Shown: one piece after another, positions 12,801 through 25,062 of the stretch
Layout of the letters: the number at the start of each line of letters is the position of its first letter
How positions within the stretch are numbered: position 1 is the first letter of the stretch
Assembly (NCBI RefSeq): GCF_001194135.2
Contig: NC_068982.1
Span: 65,629,668-65,693,667, forward strand
DNA length: 64,000 nt
From: Octopus bimaculoides
Taxonomy: Eukaryota
Direction of reading: 5' to 3'
Made by a program: the position numbers and the translations under genes
Notes under the pieces: model-generated
Seen by the model: only the letters and a program-made list of their open reading frames with translations
Told to the model about the DNA's origin: nothing
Database searches by the model: none

Positions 12801-15800
12801 AAGGATCTACAGACATTTGGACTTACAGAGGGGATGACAGAAGACCTAGACTCCTGGCAGTTCACTGTGCTTGAGAAAATACACCAAGCCAAGTAAAAGC
12901 ATGGTTGTCCTTGCATACAGGCTTGTCTCCTGCATCCCTCTCCAGCTGAATATTCCTAAGCTTATGGGTTTGTGTGTGCTGGTGCTATGTAAAAAGCACC
13001 TATACTGGTACCATGTAAGCACATCTGTGCCGGTGCTATGTAATAGCAGTCAGTACAATGGTTGGCATTAGGATGGGTATCTAACTGTAGAGACCATGCC
13101 AAAACAGACATGGATCCTGGGCAGCTCTTCAGCTGGTCAGCTCCTGTGAAACTATCCAACTCATGCCAACATGGAAAATGGACGTTAAATATTTAAAAAA
13201 TATTTTTACCTTTTATCTTTTACTTGTTTCAGTCATTGGACTGGGGTAGTTTGGCAGTGAGGATGGGGGCCACACATACACAAATATATAGACTCAGGCA
13301 TGCACAGCAGGCTTCCACGGAATTTGTTTACCAAATTCACTCAAACGGTTGTATTCAGCCTAGGGCTATTGTAGAAGATACTTGCCCAAGATGTCACATT
13401 GGGACTGAACCTGAAACCACAGGACTGCAAAGCAAGCTTCTTAACCTCACAGCCATAGTTGCACCTATTTGAATATTTAAAATGCTATCCTTTTCAAAGT
13501 TGATTAAAATCAGTGTTTTTATGTCTGCTTTTCCATAGTGGGATGAATTGGATCTTTTCTGAGGTCAACACTTGTATGCCTTTTCGATCACCAACCTTTC
13601 TAGTTACCTCTTATGACTTTTATTAAACATCAACCTTAATCTGAGTCTATCTCTGTGTTAATATTGGCCCCCATTTGTGTCCATCTTTTATAGAGTTATC
13701 TTGGTTACATTCTATAAGCATGTAAGGAAAAAGTGATTCTGTCTTAGAGTGAAGGTCAGATTTATGATATTTATGTACAAAGTGTAATATTGCTTGGTAG
13801 TGAAGCATGGGAATTTAATGTGAAAACTGGAAAGAAATGAAGGAAGCATTGTCTGCTGGTTATGTAATGATAATGTAGATAGTTGATTGAACACAAATGA
13901 GCTGAAAGAAAAATTGTGCATCCGAGGAATCTGATGCAGTGTGCATCAGGGGAGGCTGCACAGCTATGAATATATGATACATATGAATGGTGGTAGTTTG
14001 GTAAAGAAGTGCAAAGTAAAAGGATCCTGTGAAAGAGGAGGGATGAAGAAGGCATGGGAGGAAGTGGTGAAAACTAATTTTAGAATGTTGAAACTGAAGA
14101 AGGGATTACAACAAGTAGAAAGGCATTGTGTTAAAGATCCATCCAATTCATGGTGATAAAAATCAACCCAATGAAATTTGAACTCTGATTGTAAAAGTAT
14201 ATAAATACTGCCAAGTATTTACTTTTGGCTCTGTCGATTCTGCCATTTCTTGTGGAAGAAAATGGTTGTTGATTTATACCAAGTCAGTTCTTATCAAGCA
14301 AATGATCAAAAAGTATTGCAGCTATGATTAGCCTATCTCTTTTCCCAGATATATTGTATCTAAGAACACTATTGGTTTGAAGATGGTAGAGATATGGGGC
14401 ATTTAGCTATCGTTTCTAGTTGGTTAAAATCCATGTAGAGGCACCTTCATTGGTACATAGAAATTGTGTTGTGTAGGTATGATGCTTGTAATTTTTAAGA
14501 GAAGAGTACATGGAGATGTATTGTTGATATCTCTGCTGAAGGCTTTTAATAATATGAAGTGTTACCAATTTATAACAACCTTTGAAAATTTAGTGTTGTA
14601 AGGAGTTTCCATCTCACCATGGGACCATCAAATAATTAGTAAAAGTAATGATTTCTAATATAGCACAAGCCCATAAATTTTAAGGGAGGGTACAGGTGAT
14701 TAAATCAGTCACTAATGCCTAACATGTATTTATTTTATTGGGTTTAGAAGAAGGGAAAGGAAAGTTGCCTAGAACAGGTTTTGAATGCCTAGCATAAAGA
14801 GGCATAACTAAATATCACAAGATTTTAGCTATTTTGTCTGGCTTCCCTCTAATTCTACCATCTACTGCTTTTGTAAAGAATTTTCTTATAAGCCTATCCC
14901 ACAGTCTCTCTTGCAGCCTATACCCACCTTTCCTGAACTTTCTTTCACCACACCACTCTCTTCTGTTCACCTTCTTGGACATGTTATTCCTAAATTTACA
15001 TGATTCAATGCAAACTCATTAGTGCTGGTATCACAGTAAACTGCTCCTGATACACTTTGTAAGGTAGTTGACAAATAAGCAAAGATAAATGTAGAGTCAA
15101 GAGGACTGTGTGGTCTCACTCAGAGCATGACAACCTCTCTAGTGCTGGTGTTAAAATAAAATGCACCGAAAACACTCTGAAGTGATTTGTAATGGGAAGA
15201 GCACCCAGCTACAGAAACTATGCCAAAAATGAAATGTATGAGCAAGATGTCTTAGACGGTAGTAAATTCCAATAAGTGACTAGACCAAGATGACACTTCC
15301 AACCAATGCAGGCATGGGAAGTGGCTGTAAAACAATGAAGGTGGTAACAAAATTTTGTAAACAAACTTTGGAAGTATCGAATGTGTTTTGTATTTTACAG
15401 ATGAAAAAGTAAATTTTGAACGCAGTATAGCTATGAAAACAGCAGAAAGATTGGGCATTTTACCCTTATAGCTATTATTGTTTAGCGTTTAATTTGACAG
15501 TGATTGTTGTCAGTGGGCTGTTTAGCTTAATGACAGAGTACTCAGCTGGTATCTGAGGGGGATGGGTTCGAATCCCATAACTGTATGCTGATAATTTTTT
15601 CTGTCTTATAAGAGTAAAATACCCAATCTTTCTGCTGTTTTCACAGCTATACTGCATTCAAAATTTACTTTCTTGTTTGTAAAATGAAGGTGGTGGTGGC
15701 AGCAGTAATGATAACAACAATAATAATTTAGACAGGAAGAAGGAACTATGTCCATGGCTTTTGCAGGTTGTCTGAAACTTATGAGATTGCTAGGGTTGAT

Positions 15801-18800
15801 GTCACTTTGAACATCTGAAAGTTGATGTCTGTGGGGAGAAATATGGATAAGAAAGGAATTCCCAAAGATGTTGTGGAAATGAAGAAATGAGCATAGTGAA
15901 TAGTGACGGGTATGGTTAAGTGAAATACTATTGGTGATGAAATGAGAAGAAATAGGTGGGTCGGGTTGGAGTTAGCTAGTTCTAAGAAACAGAAGCAGTT
16001 GTATTCGTTGTATAAAAGACAGAGTCACAGACAACACACTCATTCAATCTGTACCAAGCGGTTTCACTCTGCGTACTTCATCTCTGTTACCATAGTAACA
16101 GTCCTGATACTTTTTGATCAGACCTTGGCGAAGAGCAATTCATTTTGACTGTTCCACTTTTGAGGAGAGGAGAAAAGTGAGCTTTTGAGAAGAAGCAAAA
16201 GGTGAGCTTTTTTTTTTGTCTATCAGTTAGATAGTTTAATCAGATTAAAGATTTGATATGCCAAGAAAAAATTTTTAATTTATTCACTCAACACTGTAAC
16301 AAATAAATATTTCACACATTTTTTCTCTTTCAGATATATGTTATTGATAGTTCAGACAAAAAACGTTTTGAAGAAACTGGTGAGGTAAGTTAAAATATCA
16401 ACAATACATTCACATCAATATTTTGACATCTTTCCATCATTGGCATTTCATCTTTTTATCAGGCATAGTGTATCCTTTATCTAGTCTAGAGTGTAAGTTG
16501 GAGAAATTTTTCTTCCATTTTTAACTAATCAAGTAATTTCATAGATGTAACGGTACAAATTACTGCACATAGTTGCAATAATTTGTGTTGTTTAGTCTCA
16601 AAGTCAGCTCTGATCTAGCAAACTTAATACCAAAGCCATTCCAATTGTGACCGTCTCTGGTGCATTTTCTAAATCTGAAGAAGAATCTGGTACTTATTTT
16701 ATTAGTACCAGAAGAATCTTGTACTTATTCTATTTGCCAAACCACTCACTTATGAGGATGTAAACAAACCAACACTGGTTCTCAAGCATGATAGTAGGAA
16801 CAAACGCAATTACAAAGACACACACACCTAACAACATACAATGGGCTTCCACACAGATTCCATCTATCAAATTCACTCAGAAAGTATTGGTCAGCCTGGG
16901 ACTTGAGTAGAAGACACTTGTCCAAGTTGCCATGAAATGGGACTGAACTCAAAACCTCATGGTTGCAAAATGAGCTTAACCATAAAGGCATCTCTGTGCC
17001 TTCACCACATTGAAAATGCTTTAGTTTATTTTTCATGGAAAAACCTTAACCATGGCTGAATTATTTCTAGGCATAACTAATGTGATGTGTATGTTTGCAA
17101 TTTTAAAAGCACACTAGTCTTTTAATGTTTATGTATATGTGTGAGTGTATGTATACGAGGTTTGATCAAAATGTATGAGGACTAGCACTATAAAAAGAGA
17201 ACTACAGCACAATTCGGCATTTACTCTCCTTCCAAGTAATCCCCTTCTGAAGTCACACACTTTATCCAGAGTTGTATCCATTGATGAAAGCACTCTTAGA
17301 ATTCCTTTTTTGGAACAGTGAGTAGCTGTATTGTTGTATTCTCTTTGATTTCCTTGAAGTCTTGAAATTTTGCTGAGAGTCTTCCACTGTGAAGACTGAT
17401 CTTTGGTTTCAAGGTTATAGCCATAGACTTACGATTATGACTGTTTTCAAACACTTAACACTATCAAGGAGATTCTGCACAGGTGAAACCTGATCTTCTT
17501 TTTGAGACAACCACTCTCTACACACATTACTTCCAAGCACTGCTATAAAGAGTAGAAGTGAGTGAGAACATAATAACTTAGTGTGCATGCACAACAGAAT
17601 TAAAGTTTAATCTGTGCCAAGTGGCTTCACTCTGCATACTTTAGCTCTGTTACCATAGTAACAGTCCTAATACTTTTTGATCAAACCATGGCGAAGAGCA
17701 AATCATTTCGACTGTTCCACTTTCGAGGAGAGTTGAAAGACTGAAGAAGCAGAAAGAATGTAACTCAAGACCCAGCAACTTCAGCCTAGACCACCACCTG
17801 CCCTGCCATGTGATAAATGCCTGGGGCTGTTCCATTTCCAACTTGACCTTCTGAGCCATATCAGGTTTAAGCATCATGGGGGCACCAGAAGAACCAAACT
17901 CAGACAGGAGTGGTGCTGCTGCCACCAATCATGTTAAACCATTAATCTGTATACATTTTTTTCATTCTCTCTTTTTTTTTTTCCTTCTTAATCCTTTCTG
18001 TGGAAGAGCATAGGCTCATGATATCAAAGACGTTTCCATTCTTCCCAAGCACCAAACTAATACACCTGCTTGTTTCTTCTTTGTCTTTTGTTTTCTGTAA
18101 ATTTGAACTATATATGTGTGTGTGTGTAAACTTTAAAGTTAATGAAGTCATTTACATAACTTGTTTCATTTTCATTCAGTTATTCACATTATGCTCTGTA
18201 CCTGCCTAATGCTTTACTCTAAAGCAGATGTATACTGAGTTCTAACAACAATACCTAAGTGAAATCATAAAATATTATATTTCTTACAGGAGCTGCTTGA
18301 ATTAATGGAGGAGGAAAAGTTGAATGGTGTGCCACTGTTAGTGTTTGCCAACAAGCAAGATCTTATGTCTGCAGCAGATGCCTCACAAATAGCGGAAGGT
18401 CTCAATTTACATTCTCTTCGAGATCGCAAATGGCAAATCTGTCCTTGTTCTGCAATGATTGGAGAGGGAATTGATGTAAGTTCTAGTTACTTAGAAATAC
18501 TGTGTTTGTTTAGGTGTTTTGGTTTGTCCCCAGTTAATTCAGAACCTGCAAAGATGTTCTAGTCATGACCTTCCCATCCTAATTTCAGATGTAATGTTTT
18601 TAGGGCTACAATATCCAATGTGTCCTTCCAGTTTTTTGTTTTTATTTTAGACAGTTGTGTAAGCCATAAATGTTATACTCTATTTTGTATAAATTTTAAG
18701 TCCCATGGCTACTGGAGATAATGTCAGACAATTATCATGCTGACAACAGCTGTTGATCTAGAAACGCGTCCACAACTGTCCTCTTATCCCCAAACAATAA

Positions 18801-20556
18801 AGCCTGTCTTCCTTAATGGCATGTTAGTTTTGAAGAATACTTGAATCTTGAGATTATATCCCCTTGTCAAGTGGCGTGGCCTGATCTCATTTGCCATTTA
18901 TGATACATGCTCTAGAGGTGGAGATGATTTTAAGAAATCAAGAATTTATGTTGTATGGCCACTCATTTTTGTTTAAATTATTGAGTTGGTGCATAATTAT
19001 TGCAGCTTTTTTTTCAACAAAAATAATAACAACATGTAACAAAAACATCTTTAAATGATTATTCCAGAGCATATTCACCATCTACTTCAATTACTGCTTC
19101 CCACTTGCTTGGCAGACGGTCAGACTGTCATTTAAAGAAGTTTTTTTTAAAATATTGTTATTGTTTTTGTTGGATAAAATTTGTTGAGAAAAAGCTGCAA
19201 TAATTGTGCACCAACCCAATATGATCTAACAGTTTGAGTGATTATTTTGATGCTTCTTTATTTCTTATTTCATTCTTTAACACTTTAATATCATTGGTTT
19301 CCTAACCATTATATTTCTTTCTCTTACTGTTTTGTACTTATTTTTATGTTAATAACTTGGGTGAGATGATATATTTTCTTCATTATTATGCAAGCATGGA
19401 AAGACTTTAAAACAATAAAGACCTGCATGGGTCAGACAAGACTAAGTTGGAGCAGAATTTTCTATGGCTGGTTCCCTTCCGAACACTAATGCCCTTCAAT
19501 CTGTCAAACAACTTGGATGTGGTTATGCAAAGATCTGGAAACAAATGACACCAGTTGAATGAGACCTTTCTTTTACAAAGATTATGTGCCATGTCAAGAA
19601 ACCTGAGTGTGGTTCCACAGTAAACTGCAAGCAAATGATATTGTTTGCTTGGAAGGCCATTATTTACAACTGGCAAAAATGTGAAGATGAAGGTCAACAT
19701 TAACTCACTTACACAAACATGGACTCCCCCACCTCCACTCCATTATATATATATATATATATATATATATGAAGCATTCAGTAGAAGGGAATATTCAACA
19801 AATTTTCAAAAATTGCTTTTTCGTCTTAACGATATATCTGAAACCTCATTTTTATCCATGCAAAAAAAAAAAAAAGTTAGAGCTTAATTCACACTCTTTC
19901 ACATGGAAGGTTGGTAGTAAGCAAGCAAGAGATGGGCTCAAAGGATTCCAAGTGTTGTAGAGACAAAAGTTGTCTGATAATTAAATTTGTTTGGTATAGA
20001 CATGTGATGGACATTTATACTGTTTTCTTTTCCTCTTTCTTTTCTTTGTTATGAAATTAATATCTCCAATATAACCAAAACATTTTACAGTCATATTTAT
20101 AAGCTAGCTATGAATCAAAAAGATATAATAAAAAATTACAATTGTCTTCTTTCAATATATCAACGCTTATTAGACAACAATAGTTCACTTACATACATAT
20201 TCCAATTAGTAACTTAACAAAAAAAACCTTGAAACAAACTTTAAACAGCTTTTATGACAGATTTGTAAAATGTTGACTATTCTCTTCCTTTACTGAACAC
20301 ATCATATCTACAATGCACTTTCAGGTTTTGTCAACAAAATCCACTCACAAGACTTTTAACTGGCCTGGGGCTATAATAGAAGACACTTCCCAAGGTGTCA
20401 TGCAGTGGAACTGAACTCGAAAACATGTAGTTGGGAAGCGAACTTCTTAACCATTCATTTAGAAATTTAAGTTGACATTATATTCATGCTGTGATCTGTT
20501 TTCTTTTTCAGGTTGGTGTATCATGGATGTTGAAAAATTTACCGAAAAGGAAATAA
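6006..20556 (+). CDS. ARL3: ADP-ribosylation factor-like protein 3, complete: join(6006..6008,8964..9107,12417..12533,16334..16384,18290..18475,20512..20556), 181 aa
   Basis: The spliced product [32 protein letters not shown]...[13 protein letters not shown]...FANKQDL...[24 protein letters not shown] has the G1/G3/G4/G5 GTPase motifs and ARL3-specific sequence. All introns are GT-AG, phase 0. Confidence 0.96.
8964..9107 (+). CDS. ARL3: ARL3 exon 2
   Basis: cag|[10 protein letters not shown]...GLDNAGKTT...SHITPTQ|gtaatt. Confidence 0.97.
10090..10620 (-). mobile_element. Degenerate RTE-clade LINE fragment
   Basis: Reverse complement resembles the RTE copies at 11230 and 60850 ([13 protein letters not shown] motif). 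Confidence 0.55.
11111..11222. other. Assembly gap (N run) within a TA microsatellite
   Basis: Run of N. Confidence 1.
11230..12211 (+). mobile_element. RTE-clade LINE 3' fragment (ORF2 C-terminus plus 3'UTR ending in (GAT)n)
   Basis: [54 protein letters not shown]...GRGRPRKTW, followed by a repeated 3'UTR and a gatgatgat tail. Confidence 0.85.
12417..12533 (+). CDS. ARL3: ARL3 exon 3
   Basis: aag|[39 protein letters not shown]|gtattt. Confidence 0.97.
12590..12900 (+). mobile_element. RTE-clade LINE 3' fragment
   Basis: [47 protein letters not shown]. Confidence 0.8.
16334..16384 (+). CDS. ARL3: ARL3 exon 4
   Basis: cag|[17 protein letters not shown]|gtaagt. Confidence 0.97.
17156..17690. 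mobile_element. Internally deleted mariner-like element (~535 bp)
   Basis: The left TIR TA-CGAGGTTTGATCAAAATGTATGAGGACT matches the reverse complement of the right end AGTCCTAATACTTTTTGATCAAACCATG. No TA is seen after the right end. Confidence 0.7.
18290..18475 (+). CDS. ARL3: ARL3 exon 5
   Basis: cag|[25 protein letters not shown]...[15 protein letters not shown]|gtaagt. Confidence 0.97.
18981..19219. mobile_element. Mariner-type MITE (~240 bp)
   Basis: TIRs TTGAGTTGGTGCATAATTATTGCAGCTTTTT and AAAAAGCTGCAATAATTGTGCACCAACCCAA, flanked by TA on both sides. Confidence 0.85.
20512..20556 (+). CDS. ARL3: ARL3 exon 6 (last coding exon)
   Basis: ttttcag|[14 protein letters not shown], equivalent to vertebrate DGMNWVCKNVNAKKK. 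AATAAA at 20811-20816. Confidence 0.9.
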   Translation, partial: VGVSWMLKNLPKRK

Positions 20557-22808
20557 AACCAAAGAGTGTATTATATATGTATTCACTAATCGAGTAAGTA
20601 CACCAAACATGAGAAATATTGATGCTGTCTTTTTTTTTTTTTTTGTACCATTGTAAAATGTCAGTCATTTTACAGACCTCACAATCTATGGACTTGTAAC
20701 CACGTACACATCATTAATGATAAAGTTTGTACAATATTGCCTTTTTTGCTCCGCAGATAATTGCCAACTATTATAGTTATTGTGATCTGTGGATTAGTTT
20801 GATTTGAATGAATAAAGTGCATTATCTTAAAATACCAAATCTGAAATTAGATTGCATGTACTTCAGTATTACAGTTGACATCTTGTGATACTAAATATGT
20901 GTTGAACTAACAGTGGACCACTAATAATATTTTGTCATACAAAATACCAAGCTCAGCTAAAAATAATTTGTCTTGGTTTTATTGAAATGTATAAGTTTCT
21001 GTTAGTCTCAGAATGCCTGTCTTCTAATAAAAATATCTTTGTTTTTTTATTGCAAAATAATTCATTTAGCTTAATATTTGAATTATAATTTAAAAAGAAA
21101 AAGAAGATACATGTAAAGCTGGGATTTGTTAATGCATTTATTTACAAACATTTCATATTGTATTAAATAAGAATTCAAATTTTATACATTGATTTCTAAA
21201 TCTTTTGGGATCTTTTCATCATTTCACACATAAAAGATCTAGTTTCTATGAGAAAAAACATTGTTTAGTATGAAATAATCCTCTTGTTTTATTGTAAATA
21301 AATATTAAATAAAAAATCTTTTAACAAAAAACAGCAAGTCAAGACATTTATTTTTCATCTTTGTGAAAGTTTATATTTGAAATTATTTTAAGAAAAAAGA
21401 AAATATTCAACAGTGAGATATTGATATGATTCTCTAAATGACTCATATGGTTAAAACTGTTGAAGGAAAGATAATAATAGCTGACATTTATGTTGTTTAC
21501 TATTCGTGTAGTTTCATTAATCAGGAAAGTCATGTGAAACTAACCACTAATAAAATTTGTACACTTTACTATATTAAAGTCATTGTTGTTAGATTTTTAA
21601 AATTGTTTTTACATAACTTAGTGACAAACCACAAAGACCATATGTTTTTTAGCACATCTGTATATAAATGCTTTAACATGGACTGAACTTTAAATTTGTA
21701 ACAAAAAGCTTGTAATTCATTAGTTGAAGCAATTGTAGTTGTACTACATCTGCATGACTCTGGTGGAAGAATTATAAAAAGAAAAAATATGAAGATAATT
21801 TCTTAAACCAAATACATCTTTTATCATAAATTTCATATAAACCTGATCAAGTCTCTCATTTTCTTGTTTAGTTTTTAAAACTATATGGTCCCTCATTCTA
21901 CATCAAATCTGACAATGACTGCAATAAAGGTAGAAATTGCCATCATGTAATTCCTGATAATTTTCTCAGTAATATGAGTTTTAAACCTAAATTTCTAAAC
22001 GGCATGACTAAATGATATGTGTTGTATACCAAATGCATTCATTATTTGCTATAAGGTAACAACCAGAAAAGACAGTGATGGAGAATTGTCTGTTATGTTG
22101 CCAGATTGGTGTCTCAATAACTGTAGACATTCTATCATGTCAGCCTAAAAACATTCTACTCAATGAAATCCCTGAGTTGTTACTGAACAAACCAAACTTA
22201 ATTTCCACTGAAAACTAGAGTGTATTTACAATAGACTGACACCAAGACATGAAATTATTACTAAGTTCTTTCTAAGCATTACAAGTTTTCAACAATGGAA
22301 AGGAAAAAAAAAAATCTATGAATTCTAGTTTTAAATGTAAATATTCTGTTCGTTTATTAATTTTTCTCAAAGCATATTGTTTACCCTAGGTGTGTTAATC
22401 TAAGAGCAGTAAAGATGAATTTTAATTGAATCCCTTCCTGAAAATTGAACTTCATAATGAAACAGAAATAATAACAATTTCTACCTGACTATAAATGGAA
22501 ATAATGGAGCAGTCTTTGCACACTGAGTATTTCTGACTGCTAGATCCTCTATTCCTGTGAAGAAAGCTATAGAATGAAATATACACACAACTGGTCCTTT
22601 AAATAGGATGGTAACTGAGGCACAAATCCAGTAGAATGAGGAGCTACAATTACTACAGATTTTGATTTGAAGTAACATCTTTTAAGACAATCCTGTTACA
22701 GTTTAATGATTTGTATACAATAAACAGAACATACTGGTATAAAACTGGAAGAGAATATTCTCATTCATCTTGTTCTTTAACACTTGCATGTATAAATTAA
22801 GCCTAATA

Positions 22809-23260
22809 TTGGCACAAGGCCACACATTTTGATGGCATGTATGATCAATTATATTGACTCCAGTACTTGACTGGTGCTTTATTGTATCAGCCCCAAAATG
22901 ATGAAAGGCATGTTGACTTCAACAGGATTTGAATTCTGAACACAAAGGGCTGTAACTAAATACCAACAGGCATTTTGCTCAGCCTCTAATGAATCTGTGA
23001 GCAAATCCACTACCCTTATTAAGTATATTGGTTTTAAATTTTGACACAAGGCTAGTCATTTTGGGGGAGGGGGTAAGTCAATTACATCGACCCCAGTGCT
23101 CAATTGGTACTTTATTTTATCAACCTTGAAAGGATGAAAGGCAAAGTCGACCTCGGCGGAATTTGAACTCAGAATGTAATGATGGATGAAATGCTGGTAA
23201 GCATTTTGCCCGGCATGTTAACGATTCTGCCAACTCACTGCTTTCTTCTTAAGCATAATA
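22809..23260 (+). mobile_element. Two head-to-tail copies of a SINE-like repeat downstream of the IDH3B stop
   Basis: GGCACAAGG...CCAGTGCTCAA(C/T)TGGTAC...AAAGGATGAAAGGCAAAGTCGACC...ATTTGAACTCAG family, found many times in the window. Confidence 0.75.
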
Positions 23261-23459
23261 TTAACAATTTAATGATTTAATGGTTCACAAATTATTTTGT
23301 AACAGAACATACTGGTATAAAACTGGAAGAGAATATTCTCATTCATCTTGTTCTTTAAAACTTGCATGTATAAATTAAGCCTAACATTGATTTCTAACAT
23401 TGGCGCAAGGCCACACAATGAAACAGAAGCAAAGATGTTAGATACAGTAATACCTATTA

Positions 23460-23537
23460 TCATAGATTTAAGTTGTCGATGACTGCCAATGTGAGATCAG
23501 TTGTTGAAGAGTAGCCACCCATGTCAGGAGTTCGAAC
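23460..23537 (-). CDS. IDH3B: IDH3B exon 10 (last)
   Basis: cag|[25 protein letters not shown]. Confidence 0.95.
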   Translation of the reverse strand, partial: VRTPDMGGYSSTTDLTLAVIDNLNL

Positions 23538-24584
23538 CTGCAACAGAAAATATTGGACTAAGCAAGCATCCAAAAGAACAACAAAAAGTTCATATCATTA
23601 CCTAATACATTAACAGCAAAAACTACTAACTTGACAAACTTTTTTTAGGAAGCATTAAAGCCTTTGCTGTATACTTAACCGAGTTACTTCTATAGAAATG
23701 ACTAACAGTGAAATCTTCATATATGCATTCTTATAGTCACAAGCAATGAAACTTTTTTCATTCCATGTTACTGACAACAGCTGAACTGAAACATGATAAA
23801 TGAGCTAATAAAGGGGACTATGTGGTTGCTTGGCCTGCCAAAAAAGCAGCCATAATTCACTCAAATGACACTACAATTTTCAATAAAGAAGAATTCATTG
23901 GATAATGTATTCTGACATACAAAAAGATGTCATTGTCTTGGCTAGAGTAACAATAAACATAAATATAAAATTCTACAGAAACAAGCAACAGACACATACA
24001 CCCATATAAAGCCACTAAAGCCTAATACATATAAATTTATAATGCTCATTACATACACAACACTTGAATATTATTTCTACAATTATACCCAACCAGTGAC
24101 CTAGATATCGTTGGTGAGAAAACTAGCTTTATCATTAGGTTGTAGAAAATAACAAAGACAGAAATTCCAGTATTTGTAAGGTAAGTGGATAGATTGATAA
24201 ACGAATGACACAACATCACTCCTTTAGCACCTAAGCTCTACTTTCCCTTCCACAAAGAAGTTATAAAGAGACTGACCTTGCCCTCTTCAATGACTTTATA
24301 GAGAGCTTTTGATATCATATCAGCATGGTAATCCAGGTGTATATGTTGAAGCATCTTACAAGCAGCTCGTAAGATAGCAGTTGGGTTGGCTATATTCTTA
24401 CCAAATGCCTCAGCATATGGATGACGAGCACCCTAGCAAATAAAAAAAAGTATTTATATTTACATAGTTATGGTAAACATATATTAAACAATAGGCACAG
24501 GGTTTCTGGTTCAGTCCCATTGCATGGCACCTTCCCAGGCCAACCAAAGCCTTATGAGTAGATTAGTAGGCTGATAGAATTTTG

Positions 24585-24652
<68 letters not shown>

Positions 24653-25031
24653 AAATAGTAAATGAGTATATGCATATATACGTACAGGTATGTGCATACC
24701 GACATCCACCTGTATGTATAGGTGCATATCTGGGTACAGGACATTGCAAACAAACGTAGACGAGAACACACGAGCCACATAGAGAACATTCTACTTCATC
24801 AGCTACCCACGTTTTAACACCGGCATATATATATATATACACACACACATATATATATATACACACATATGTATACACATATATACACACACATATATAC
24901 ACACATATATACACAATATATATATATATACACACATATGTATACACACATATATACACACACATATATACACACATATATACACACATATATACACAAT
25001 ATATATATATATATACACACATATATATACA

Positions 25032-25062
<31 letters not shown>

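Noticed and set aside
19931-19960. DGLKGFQVL* as an alternative ARL3 last exon (it resembles the vertebrate DGM start)
   Set aside because: GAT is not preceded by AG and there is no polypyrimidine tract. 20512-20556 has a proper acceptor and the conserved Trp.
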